NCBI GenBank assembly: GCA_949284445.1
Contig: CASDVP010000009.1
Span: 14,609 to 78,608, forward strand
Direction of reading: 5' to 3'
Source of the DNA: an uncultured Bacillota bacterium
GTDB lineage: Bacteria > Bacillota_I > Bacilli_A > RFN20 > CAG-288
Length of the DNA stretch: 64,000 bases
Shown here: one piece after another, positions 32,207 through 42,059 of the stretch
How positions within the stretch are numbered: the first letter of the stretch is position 1
How the letters are laid out: each line of letters starts with the position of its first letter
The notes under the pieces: model-generated
Told to the model about the DNA's origin: nothing
Databases searched by the model: none
Seen by the model: only the letters and a program-made list of their open reading frames with translations
Position numbers and translations under genes: made by a program

Positions 32207-34531
32207 TCACTTTCCTCCGGCATCTTTTAAAATCTGTCTCATGCTTCTTTTCTTCTCTTTGAGATAGAAATTCAAGCATAATAAGAAAGCGAAGAAGAGT
32301 ATCAACAAGCTGATGATGACAAATATATACCAATATGCTCTATAGCTGTTAACAACAGTCATAAAGATCGTAGGAACGATGATACTAGCTGCTAATAGAT
32401 AAGTGATGACAAGTGGTATTTCAATCAATAAGAGTCGTATGAAGAAGAGGATTTTAGTTGAAAAGCCCAAGGTTTGCATGACTCCAAAATCCGGATTGTA
32501 CTTTCTTAATACCATATTTAAAATCGGACTGGTTAAAGATAATATCACGACTAAAAAGATTATCAATCCAAGCATAAATCCAACAGTGCTAACCATCACG
32601 TAAAGGCTAGGACGATTATTGATAGCTGATATTTGATAATGACTTTCAGCATTATACATTCTATATTCGTTACTGTAGGCTTCATAAAAATCATCTGCTT
32701 CTTTATCAGAAGTAAAATAAGCAGTGCTCAAAAGGTTTAATTTATAAGAAATATAATTTAAAAGTGTTTCTGAATTGCTTGTCAGATTGATGATGCAACT
32801 ATCAGTTGACGTGTTATCAAGATAGATGTCATGAGTGTTGTACTGTGCTGTTTCATCATAGTCATATTCGACATCACCATAATACTCTCTTAAGTTTTCA
32901 TAGAAAGAAGTGATGGAAAAGGTTTTATTTAAAATAGTGATCTCTATATCATTTACAAGATTGCTATAAACTGAATTGATCAAAATATTAGGTGCTCGTT
33001 TATAAAAGGTATCAGTTGAGATTTTGTATGGTATTTCATTACCTTTGATTGAGATTGAAAACATATCGTTGCTCGATAGATTTAAAGGGAAAGTACTGTA
33101 ATTATCTTCTAGCAGATTATTCAACAAAAAAGCTTCTGCATTTTCATTGATGATCTCATAAGCTGATTGATTAAAAACGATGACTATATCATTAGATTCA
33201 GAATCCAATGTTCCAAATCCGCTTAAAGTGAAATCACGAAGTGGAGACACTTGATAATTAGCTAAATTGAGAATGCCAGTGACTTGGTCTTTTAAAGCGT
33301 GGGAAAAGAAGGCTTTATAATCGTCACATTCGATTTTAGACATGTTGCTTTCATCATAGAACACTTGATAACTGGGAGTATCTATACTGCGTTTTTCGAT
33401 AATTTTAGCGTTTTGTGGTTTTACTAAGCTTGGTTTTGCAGATAACCTACTAACGCTTCCATCATCATAAGAGAATGATAAATTAAAATCTAAATAGTTT
33501 AGTACACTTGTTTTATCAACAAGAGCATTTTCATACTTTATGTTTGAATTGTTGCTATCATCATTTAAGATTAACACAGACTGATCTACCATGTTGTTTG
33601 TGAAAGGCTGAAAGGCTTGAGCAATGTTAGCATCGATGTTAGATTGGATTCTATCTGCGCAGAAAACAAATCCAAAAGAAACTCCAATCGCTGCTAATGC
33701 TAATAGAATCTGTGCTAAACAGGTAAGAATGAATTTTTTAGGAGAAGAAATGATTATTTTAAGGCTTGAATAAAATGTAGAACCGATACTCGGATTTGAA
33801 ATTAAAGGTGACTCTTCAAATGAAGTATCATTTTCGGTGAGATATTTGTCTTTTAATATCTCATCTTTTTCAATTTGACCATCCTTCATCGTGATATGTC
33901 TAGTGGCTATATTTTTGATCAGATCATATTCATGAGTCACAAAGAGAATCAGATGATTTTCTTTAATCTTGTTTATCAATTGAATGATTTCTTCAGAAGT
34001 TTTAGAGTCGAGATTTCCAGTCGGTTCATCGAACGCGATGATCGGTGAATTGATCGCTAAAGCTCTAGCGATGACAACTCTTTGTCTTTCACCACCAGAA
34101 AGTTTGACCACTCTTTCATGCATGCGATTTTCTAAACCGCATTCGATCAATCGTTGCTTAGCGATTTCAACCGCTTCTTTGTGCTTATAGCCTCTATTTC
34201 TTAATGCGATGATCAAATTACTCAATGGAGTTAATGATTGAAATAAGTTGTATTCTTGGAAAACAAAAGATACGTATTCACGTCTGAATTCTCTGATTTC
34301 TTTATCGCTGAAATCAGCAGTGCTTTTATCATTGAATATGATGTCGCCTTCATCATAGTTATCCATCAAGGTTATGACGTTTAAAAGCGTTGTTTTACCT
34401 GATCCTGATTCTCCAGTGATAGCGACAAATTCCCCTTTTTCAAAGGTCAGATTGATGTCTTCGATCCCTTTTGAAGAAGTAGTGCCATCACTATAGTATT
34501 TCGATACATGATCAAGTTTTATCAATGACAT
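32207..34531 (-). CDS. ABC transporter ATP-binding plus FtsX-type permease fusion (MacB-like), paralog of the downstream gene.
   Basis: GESGSGKTT, LSGGERQRVV, IAFDEP. AGAGGA RBS. Its TGA stop lies 1 nt before the downstream ATG, so the two are tightly coupled. Confidence 0.85.
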   Translation of the reverse strand: MSLIKLDHVSKYYSDGTTSSKGIEDINLTFEKGEFVAITGESGSGKTTLLNVITLMDNYDEGDIIFNDKSTADFSDKEIREFRREYVSFVFQEYNLFQSLTPLSNLIIALRNRGYKHKEAVEIAKQRLIECGLENRMHERVVKLSGGERQRVVIARALAINSPIIAFDEPTGNLDSKTSEEIIQLINKIKENHLILFVTHEYDLIKNIATRHITMKDGQIEKDEILKDKYLTENDTSFEESPLISNPSIGSTFYSSLKIIISSPKKFILTCLAQILLALAAIGVSFGFVFCADRIQSNIDANIAQAFQPFTNNMVDQSVLILNDDSNNSNIKYENALVDKTSVLNYLDFNLSFSYDDGSVSRLSAKPSLVKPQNAKIIEKRSIDTPSYQVFYDESNMSKIECDDYKAFFSHALKDQVTGILNLANYQVSPLRDFTLSGFGTLDSESNDIVIVFNQSAYEIINENAEAFLLNNLLEDNYSTFPLNLSSNDMFSISIKGNEIPYKISTDTFYKRAPNILINSVYSNLVNDIEITILNKTFSITSFYENLREYYGDVEYDYDETAQYNTHDIYLDNTSTDSCIINLTSNSETLLNYISYKLNLLSTAYFTSDKEADDFYEAYSNEYRMYNAESHYQISAINNRPSLYVMVSTVGFMLGLIIFLVVILSLTSPILNMVLRKYNPDFGVMQTLGFSTKILFFIRLLLIEIPLVITYLLAASIIVPTIFMTVVNSYRAYWYIFVIISLLILFFAFLLCLNFYLKEKKRSMRQILKDAGGK

Positions 34532-34848
34532 TTGTTTTCCTCTTTTTATAAATTATCTCATATCTGGAAGCGGTGTTTAAGCTTTTTAAGAAGAGCATGC
34601 CTAGATGAAGCCATGATAATATTGTAGAAATTGTTAGAAATATGAATGATTTAGAGACAGAAAGTAAAAAAGAAACCTTTTCAGCAGGAATGTTTTAATG
34701 GGTATGAAGGAGTTTTTAGAAAAATGGATTCGTTTAGAGAAAAATGTTAAGTCAAGAATATAGTTATTAGATTTTATGTGGTCAGATAAAAGATGCCTTT
34801 CTTCTTGTGCTTTAGCAGGAATAATCTAGAAAATTATCTGTGCTCTTT

Positions 34849-34857
34849 TGATATAAT
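34849..34857 (+). promoter_or_regulatory. Extended -10 promoter element TGaTATAAT about 15 nt before the SIR2-like ORF start. This implies a leader of only a few nucleotides with no SD.
   Basis: ttTGaTATAAT at 34849-57. The ORF ATG is at 34872 and no purine-rich SD lies between them. Confidence 0.45.
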
Positions 34858-34871
34858 AATTTCGTTTAATT

Positions 34872-36176
34872 ATGAAAAAAGAAGAAAGAGAAAATTATAT
34901 ATTTCAAAAGAAGTGCTTATTAGTCTTACTTTTTTTGTTTTATTTAAATGATGTCAGTTATGATGCGATCACTTTAAGGTCTTTTGGATTTCACTTTGAC
35001 CCATCTTGTAACTTTAAAGCGATTGTCAGATCTAAGAAAGATCATATCCATAAATATGTGTGTCATATTTTTAATTCTACTAGCGGCGTCAATTATGAAA
35101 AGCTAGACGTAATGGGCAATGTTAATATTGTCAAAGTAAAAAAGATCGATGGTCAAGAGTTTATTTTTCCCGAAGCATCTTTGAATATTTTTATCGATGG
35201 TGCTGGATTTGTAGCTTTAGGATATATGGAAGGTAAGCAGATCGAATATCGATTAGTAAAGAATAAAAAAGAAGTCACTGATAATCTCTTATATACGCTT
35301 TCTAGTGATGCTTCATTAGATTCTAAAAACTCAACAGCTTCTTCATTTTTATTATGGATATTAAAATTTTATACGACAAAATTACATACTGACTTAGTGA
35401 TGGGCGCTGGTATCAACGAAGATTATGGCGCTAAAAACTGGCCGGGATTAATCGATGCTTTGAACAATGATTTTTATAAAGGCGATTATAAATTTGCTTC
35501 TGAGATTAAGCATTATGTCGGTAAAGAATTGTTCACAGATCCGATGGTGATGAAGACAAGCGGATTCGATCCCTATAAATCTTTAAGCAGAGAACTATAT
35601 CTATTCAAAGAAGCAAAGAGCTTCAATGATTCTGATTCGACATTATCCCATTGTGTGGACTTTATTAAAGCCCATCCACACACCTCAGTCATCACTTATA
35701 ACTATGATACCAATTTAGAATATCTGTTAAGAAAACGCGATATTCATTACAATACAACTTATGATGATAATTCTTTTGTCAATCAAGAAGCGATAGTTGA
35801 TATTTATCATGTGCATGGATTATTGCCGTATGATAAATATGATCAAAAGAAGTTCACAGATTCATTAATATTTAATGAGAGTGAATATTATTATCTATAT
35901 AACAATCCTTATTCTTGGAATATTGCTAAGCAATTGCATGATTTCAAATTTAACACTTGTCTTTTTATCGGCATCTCTCTCACTGATCCAGATATGAAGA
36001 GAATATTAGAATTAGCTAATAATTACTTGAAATTCAACTTTATTTTTTTAAAGAAAGAAAAGAATTATTCGCCGACAGTGTTTAAAGATTTGACTTCTTA
36101 TTATTTCACTTTTGATCTCATCGTCATTTGGATAGATGAATACGAAGACATCGCTAAATATTTAGAGGCTCTATAA
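34872..36176 (+). CDS. SIR2_2-family (defense-type sirtuin/NADase-like) domain protein with an unrecognised N-terminal domain of about 170 aa.
   Basis: Motifs in order: LVMGAGINEDYGAKNWPGLIDAL (the GAG..P.W..L box), SVITYNYDTNLEYLL (the TTNYD-type box with Asn), VDIYHVHGLLP (the HG box with His), and CLFIGISLTDPDMKRIL (the GySxxD box). Confidence 0.7.
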   Translation: MKKEERENYIFQKKCLLVLLFLFYLNDVSYDAITLRSFGFHFDPSCNFKAIVRSKKDHIHKYVCHIFNSTSGVNYEKLDVMGNVNIVKVKKIDGQEFIFPEASLNIFIDGAGFVALGYMEGKQIEYRLVKNKKEVTDNLLYTLSSDASLDSKNSTASSFLLWILKFYTTKLHTDLVMGAGINEDYGAKNWPGLIDALNNDFYKGDYKFASEIKHYVGKELFTDPMVMKTSGFDPYKSLSRELYLFKEAKSFNDSDSTLSHCVDFIKAHPHTSVITYNYDTNLEYLLRKRDIHYNTTYDDNSFVNQEAIVDIYHVHGLLPYDKYDQKKFTDSLIFNESEYYYLYNNPYSWNIAKQLHDFKFNTCLFIGISLTDPDMKRILELANNYLKFNFIFLKKEKNYSPTVFKDLTSYYFTFDLIVIWIDEYEDIAKYLEAL

Positions 36177-37289
36177 ATGGAAAAGACAGATCAGATCAAT
36201 CCGAAATATTTAGATGTTTCACCGATTTCTAAAGGTAAGAGAATGCTAGTTTATCTCGCTGATCTTTTTTTGAATTTTATCATCGCAGTAGTCCTTTTTG
36301 CAGCACTTGTTTATCCGATAGCTAGAGTAATCGCTTCTTCTGATGAAACCGATAAAGCTAGAAGCTTGAATGAACAAGAAAGAATCGATGTTCTTTATAA
36401 TAACGATTTATTAGATTTTGATGAAAATGCCGAATATAAATACGATTTAAATGAGTCTTTAAGATACAGCGCTAATCTTTATCTTTTAGGATTTTTAAAT
36501 GACACATTTTCACCGGATTATTTCAAGACTTTTTATGTCGATTATTTAGGAAATGATTATCAATATTTAAAAGATGCTATTCGTGAAAGAGATGATTATG
36601 ACTTTTTTAATTATGAACAAGAAAAACTGATTTTAAATGATGAATATAAAAACAAATTCATGCCATTACTGGATGAAAATGATCAGCTTTCAAGCACTGC
36701 TCAGGCTGATTACGATCATTTTATAAATAGTTTTTTCGCTCATATTTATTCGGATTTGATGAACGAATTGTTGACTTCAAAAGTTATCACAGAAGTTTCT
36801 CCTTTATACCGATATCGCTTGCTGGATGCTGAAAATAAAAAGATGACAGAGGAAGAGAACATGGTGGCAGTCTATGCTACTTATGTCTCATACTTTTTAG
36901 CATCTATCATCTATTTTTTAGTGGTACCTTTGATATCTAGTAATGGTAAGACCATCGCCATGATGGCGATGAGAACCGAGAGAATCGGTGATAATAATTT
37001 CCAAGTGCTTTCTCGTAAAGAACGGATCATCAACTTTTTATATCAGCTGATATTCGCTTTGCCTTTGATCATGTTTATCCCTGTTATGTATATACCGATA
37101 ACGACTATTTTCAGTCTTCCATACCTTTTATATCTTTCTTTGATTTCACTCGGGTTTGTTTTAATATCTTTTGTGTTTGTTTTCATCAATAGACTTCATC
37201 GCAGTTTAGTAGATTATTTATCAAAGACTATTTTGATATCTAAAGATTTATTAGAACAGATTTATGTCACTAAAGGATATATAAAATAA
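36177..37289 (+). CDS. Membrane protein, RDD-family-like: N-terminal TM, a soluble insert of about 180 aa, and 3 C-terminal TM helices.
   Basis: Its start is coupled to the upstream stop (TAAATG). The N-terminus KGKRMLVYLADLFLNFIIAVVLF fits the R..A..(I)D pattern of RDD proteins. The C-terminal TM helices include FLYQLIFALPLIMFIPVMYIPI and LLYLSLISLGFVLISFVFVFI. Confidence 0.6.
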   Translation: MEKTDQINPKYLDVSPISKGKRMLVYLADLFLNFIIAVVLFAALVYPIARVIASSDETDKARSLNEQERIDVLYNNDLLDFDENAEYKYDLNESLRYSANLYLLGFLNDTFSPDYFKTFYVDYLGNDYQYLKDAIRERDDYDFFNYEQEKLILNDEYKNKFMPLLDENDQLSSTAQADYDHFINSFFAHIYSDLMNELLTSKVITEVSPLYRYRLLDAENKKMTEEENMVAVYATYVSYFLASIIYFLVVPLISSNGKTIAMMAMRTERIGDNNFQVLSRKERIINFLYQLIFALPLIMFIPVMYIPITTIFSLPYLLYLSLISLGFVLISFVFVFINRLHRSLVDYLSKTILISKDLLEQIYVTKGYIK

Positions 37290-38356
37290 TGTCAGAAATG
37301 AGCGTGTATGATGTGAGTCCTAACCGTGAGAAGAAGGTTGACTTGCATGTCCAGTATGTGAGAGCAAGAACTTATAAAAAAGTCTTTGCTAAAATCATAG
37401 ACCTTTTATTGCTTGCCGTTGTAGGCGTTCTTTTATTTGTGGCTACTAGAGCGACTGTTCAAGCTTTTCCTGCTTATCAAAATATCCAAGAGCGCATCAA
37501 CACTACTTTAGAAGATAGTGGAATTTATGTCAAAAATGGTGATGATTTAATCGATTCAGTTGATTATTACAACAGTAAAAAAGATGATTTATCTTCTAGC
37601 GCTTTGATGAACCAAGTAGAAGGTGTTATAAACAAATTCTATTCTTATGTCGATACTTTAGTGACTAAAGGTGATATAAGAAATGAAGATTATCAAAAGA
37701 TGTTATCTGATTATGATGAATTTAGAGAAAAGATCACATATAGTGAAATACATCTTTTTATCAGAGATACAAACGACACTTTGATCCGAAATCCAGATTT
37801 CAGCCGTGAAGAAGAGACATACATGATATATGTTGATAATGTTTATATTCCCTTTATCGATTCATATTTAAGAGGATATTTGCTCACATATTTTCCACAA
37901 TATTTGAAGGACACGGAATTTATGAGCAAGATGATCTTGTTAGTGGAATTACCTATCGCAGTTTTCTTATCAGCGATTTTAGTTTATTTAGTACCACCAT
38001 TGATCTTCAGACGAAACCGCCAGACCATCGGTCGTTTGATCTATAAGATCGGATTGATAAATAATGATTTATTTGCAGTTCCACTGAAGAAGTTTTTGAT
38101 ATATGCAGTTATTGTTATATTTTTAGAAATCGCATTGTCGTTTTTAACTCTAGCCATTCCTTTGATAATCTCTATCTCTCTGATGGCTTTTTCTAAAAAG
38201 AAACAAGACTTTGCTGAATATATGGTTCAGATCCAGCAAGTTGATATTTCAAAAGAGAAGATATATCGCAATAAAGAAGAGTTAGAAGTGGCACATTTGA
38301 AACTCAATCGTGCACCTGTGCAATTTAAAAACATCACATTTGATGAAAATCCATAG
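37289..38356 (+). CDS. Membrane protein, RDD-family-like, paralog of the upstream gene.
   Basis: TAATG overlap with the upstream gene. N-terminus YVRARTYKKVFAKIIDLLLLAVVGVLLF. Same topology: one N-terminal TM, a soluble insert, and 3 C-terminal TM helices. Confidence 0.6.
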   Translation: MSEMSVYDVSPNREKKVDLHVQYVRARTYKKVFAKIIDLLLLAVVGVLLFVATRATVQAFPAYQNIQERINTTLEDSGIYVKNGDDLIDSVDYYNSKKDDLSSSALMNQVEGVINKFYSYVDTLVTKGDIRNEDYQKMLSDYDEFREKITYSEIHLFIRDTNDTLIRNPDFSREEETYMIYVDNVYIPFIDSYLRGYLLTYFPQYLKDTEFMSKMILLVELPIAVFLSAILVYLVPPLIFRRNRQTIGRLIYKIGLINNDLFAVPLKKFLIYAVIVIFLEIALSFLTLAIPLIISISLMAFSKKKQDFAEYMVQIQQVDISKEKIYRNKEELEVAHLKLNRAPVQFKNITFDENP

Positions 38357-38574
38357 TATATGACTAAACATTTGTGTATTTTGCAAAATAGTGTAAAAAA
38401 ATCTATGCGCTTTCATTGTCACAAAGCGTTTGATATGTCCGAAAATGTCGTTATTATGTAAAAAGTCCGTAAAATTAGGTTTTAAAGAATAACAAAAAAC
38501 GCTATAATATTAAGAGAAATCTTTTCTACAGCTCAGCAGATCTTATAGTTATCTATATTATGAGGGATTAGTCA

Positions 38575-40116
38575 ATGAAACGAAAAAAGAACGTGTTGTC
38601 CTCAATTCGTCTACTGTTGGTGTCTCTGTTGCTGATTTGCTTCTTACCATTTAACCTTTCTTTTTCCGACTCTGGTGTTCGTCTTGAAACCGGAAGCGTC
38701 ATAAGAAAAGCTAACGAATCTGATTCTAAGAACAATGGTCTGCAAGAAAATGCATTGCCGTTGACTGATTTAGATCCTGATTTTAAAGCCACAATCACCA
38801 ATCGTTCTTTTACTGATACTTGTCAGTCTTTTTCACTCACTTTTTCTACTGCTACTTCTGAATTTGATTATACATTTGGATACTATGGCGATGGTGCTTT
38901 AGATTTGCCATTGATCCTTCAATACGATGTTTTACTTGCCGATGGTTCTACTGAAACCCGTTCTTTAGAGATAGCTAATTCTAATAGAAATGGTAATTAT
39001 CAGCCGTTAGGTGTGAGTTTTTCTCCTAGATTACCTATGACAGTTGATATCTTACTGACTCCTGGTGAAACAGTTGTTCAAGATAGTTTATTATTCTTCA
39101 ATATATTTACGATTGCTAAATCTACGGTGTTTGATCCGAGTACTAATACTTATCCTTATGTTCCAGGCGAGCAACCATATTTTGTTGATGAATTTGTCTA
39201 TGATGATTTTGCAGAAACAAATGTCGATTTAACTCAATATATCGATGTTAAGTTAGATAATATTTCTACCTTTTTAAATTATGCCTCTATCACTGCGACA
39301 ATCTACAATAATAGCTCACCTTTATATGAAGAACAGATGATAGGTACACCAGGCTTTGTCACAAATCAAGATCGTTTAGAAAGCGGAGACTTCAGATACG
39401 ATTATCAATTTGCTAATCTCATGAATTCCTATTTTATCTTCTATTATGAAGACGGCGAACAATTGAATATCCCGCTTTTGAATAACTCTTTAAACACTTC
39501 TTTTAGAATAAATGAAGGAAACACCACGATACACTTACTAGTTCAAGATATTGATTTCAATGGCTTAACTGGTGTTTCACTTTGTGCAACTAATTTCAAT
39601 ATCGGTATTGTAAATAAAAAATCTTTAGCTGATATAAATAACGCTACTTTCTCTGTCCGTCTCGGTTCACTTTATTTCAATCTCCGTGAAGGACAGACTT
39701 CTATTTATTATATCAATATCGGCATGATCTTATTGATCACATTATTGTGCTTTAGCACTGTATATATATTAGGAATTGTTGGTGCATATTTCTTCTTCAA
39801 GAACAAATATAAAAATGATGAGTTCAAGAGAGTCAATACTAAACAATTCTTTAAGATCAATATCTTAGGTTATCTTGCAGTCACTGTTATCTTGATGGAT
39901 ATTATGATCATCTGTTTCAGAGCTTGCTTATTAGGAAGTGAGCTAGCTATGTATAATCCATTAGATAACTATATAGTTTGCTTATCGATAATCGGAATTC
40001 TCTTCATCGGATACTTTATCAAGTATTTTGTTACTAATATCAAAGCTTACTTAGAAAGAAGAGCAATAAATAAGTTACAGCTTGATAAAGATAAAGCAGA
40101 TGATGGCACAAATTAG
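38575..40116 (+). CDS. Hypothetical secreted/membrane protein with a signal peptide, an extracytoplasmic domain of about 330 aa, and 4 C-terminal TM helices.
   Basis: GAGGGA RBS. N-terminus MKRKKNVLSSIRLLLVSLLLICFLPFNLSFS. It sits immediately upstream of the ABC ATPase. Confidence 0.65.
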   Translation: MKRKKNVLSSIRLLLVSLLLICFLPFNLSFSDSGVRLETGSVIRKANESDSKNNGLQENALPLTDLDPDFKATITNRSFTDTCQSFSLTFSTATSEFDYTFGYYGDGALDLPLILQYDVLLADGSTETRSLEIANSNRNGNYQPLGVSFSPRLPMTVDILLTPGETVVQDSLLFFNIFTIAKSTVFDPSTNTYPYVPGEQPYFVDEFVYDDFAETNVDLTQYIDVKLDNISTFLNYASITATIYNNSSPLYEEQMIGTPGFVTNQDRLESGDFRYDYQFANLMNSYFIFYYEDGEQLNIPLLNNSLNTSFRINEGNTTIHLLVQDIDFNGLTGVSLCATNFNIGIVNKKSLADINNATFSVRLGSLYFNLREGQTSIYYINIGMILLITLLCFSTVYILGIVGAYFFFKNKYKNDEFKRVNTKQFFKINILGYLAVTVILMDIMIICFRACLLGSELAMYNPLDNYIVCLSIIGILFIGYFIKYFVTNIKAYLERRAINKLQLDKDKADDGTN

Positions 40117-40129
40117 GAGATAGGATATT

Positions 40130-42049
40130 ATGGAAATTAAACTTAAGAATCTCACTAAAATCTTCCCAGGAAACCCAAAGAAAAATATCAGAGATACTAT
40201 CGCTGTAAACAATTTGGATTTTGAAGTTCCAGATGGAAAACTGGTTGGATTATTAGGCCCTTCAGGCTGTGGTAAGTCAACTACTCTTTATATGATTTCC
40301 GGTCTATTGAAACCGACTTCTGGTGAAGTTTGGTTTGGTGATCAAGAAGTCACTAATCTTCCGCCTGAAAAGAGAGGTATCGGTTTAGTCTTCCAAAACT
40401 ATGCGTTATATCCTCACATGACCATCTATAAAAACATCGAATTCCCGCTCACTAATTTGAAAGTTGAAGTTCCCTTAGTCGCTTTCTACAAATATGAAAT
40501 CCATTATACATATACGATGCAACCCGATGATGACGTCAAAGGCATTGTCTATGCTATCACTCAGCTCATCAGCCGTATCGGATTAAAAAAGAAAACCTGT
40601 CGTGTCACTTCTAGCGAAGTGGTGAATGGAATATTGAATCTTGTCGTTTTATTAGATGGAGTTTCTCCTGAAAACAAAGAGGTTTTCTTAGAAAACGCTA
40701 AGAAAATTGTTAATTTCGATTCTGTTGAAATTCAAGCAGATCAGGTTTCTGATGCCTTATTCGATGCGAAGGTCAGAGCGGATGTCAATAGAGAAGCTAA
40801 TCCTGATGAAACAGCGACTATAAACTTTATCGGACATTTACCTGAAACCTTCACAACCGATAAGATTGATGAATATATCAAAATTGAATCTGTCGTTATG
40901 TCTAAATTTGGACATATCGAATCCATAACCATTTTCAAATCTAAAACTTGTTATGAAATCGTCGCACGTATCAAGAATGTTAAAACCATATCTTTAGAGG
41001 AATTCAAATCCGAAGTTCAACAGGCTCTTGAATTCACTCAAGTCAGTTTTGGTATCAGCGATGTTTCTAGTAAAACTTTTGAAAAACAAATCAAATTAAA
41101 ATTAAAAGAAAGAAAATGTGTCTATTCTGATTTGAAACTTTATTACGAAGATGAGAAACTCCGTTTCTTCATCATCCTTAAAAAAGCCCCTCGCGATGTC
41201 ATTGATGAAGCTATCAGCTTTATGACTACTGAATTCGGCTTATCAAATGTTAACTCTGAAATCAAAACAGCTATCACTCATCGTAAGCTCACCAAAGAAG
41301 AGAGAAAAGAAATTGTCTATGAGACGGCTAAATTGGTCCAGGTCGAAGAATATTTAGAAAGAAAACCATCTCAATTATCAGGTGGTCAACAACAGCGTGT
41401 CGCTATTGCTAGAGCTCTTGTTAAAAAACCGAAAGTCTTATTATTAGATGAACCTTTATCCAACTTGGATGCCCGTTTGAGGTTGCAGACCAGAGAAGAG
41501 ATCAAAAGAATTCAAAGAGATACTGGTATCACTACCGTTTTCGTCACTCACGACCAAGAAGAAGCTATGTCTATCTCTGATAAAATAGTCGTTATGAAAT
41601 TGGGTGAAGAACAACAGATCGACACTCCTCAAAACGTTTACAATTCACCTGCTAACTTATTCGTCGCTCAATTCTTAGGAACACCGCCTATCAATGTTTA
41701 TAAAGGTCGTGTTGAAAATAAAGTTCTTTATTTAGGAACCGAACCTGTTTATAAACTTGAAAAAGATATCGCCGATCAACCTGTCTATATCGCTATTCGT
41801 CCTGAAGGTATGAACGTCAATCAAGAAAAGCAAGGCGAATACGGCTTCCACGCTGATGTAGAAATGATTCAAGTCTTAGGTAGAGACTTATTTATCGTTG
41901 CTAAGAATGAATTCTGTACTAAGCCGACATTCAAAGCTATCATTTCTGCTGAACAACAGGTCGCTCATGGCAGCATTTTCATCACTCTTAAGCCGAACAA
42001 ATTCTTCATCTTTGATGAAAAGAATGAGCAGAGAATCTATTTAGATTGA
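40130..42049 (+). CDS. ABC transporter ATP-binding protein of the MalK/UgpC/MsmK type, with a roughly 280-aa insertion between the Q-loop and the signature motif and a C-terminal TOBE-like domain.
   Basis: Walker A GPSGCGKST and Q-loop GLVFQNYALYPH lie near residues 45-95. Signature LSGGQQQRVA and Walker B LLLDEPLSNLD lie near residues 415-440. The C-terminus resembles a MalK regulatory domain. AGGAG RBS. Confidence 0.9.
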   Translation: MEIKLKNLTKIFPGNPKKNIRDTIAVNNLDFEVPDGKLVGLLGPSGCGKSTTLYMISGLLKPTSGEVWFGDQEVTNLPPEKRGIGLVFQNYALYPHMTIYKNIEFPLTNLKVEVPLVAFYKYEIHYTYTMQPDDDVKGIVYAITQLISRIGLKKKTCRVTSSEVVNGILNLVVLLDGVSPENKEVFLENAKKIVNFDSVEIQADQVSDALFDAKVRADVNREANPDETATINFIGHLPETFTTDKIDEYIKIESVVMSKFGHIESITIFKSKTCYEIVARIKNVKTISLEEFKSEVQQALEFTQVSFGISDVSSKTFEKQIKLKLKERKCVYSDLKLYYEDEKLRFFIILKKAPRDVIDEAISFMTTEFGLSNVNSEIKTAITHRKLTKEERKEIVYETAKLVQVEEYLERKPSQLSGGQQQRVAIARALVKKPKVLLLDEPLSNLDARLRLQTREEIKRIQRDTGITTVFVTHDQEEAMSISDKIVVMKLGEEQQIDTPQNVYNSPANLFVAQFLGTPPINVYKGRVENKVLYLGTEPVYKLEKDIADQPVYIAIRPEGMNVNQEKQGEYGFHADVEMIQVLGRDLFIVAKNEFCTKPTFKAIISAEQQVAHGSIFITLKPNKFFIFDEKNEQRIYLD

Positions 42050-42059
42050 GGGAGAAAAC

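Noticed and set aside
38377-38390. A perfect 14-bp palindrome TATTTTGCAAAATA downstream of the RDD operon.
   Set aside because: AT-only palindromes of this length are expected by chance in roughly 70% AT DNA. No T-run follows it, so I do not call it a terminator.
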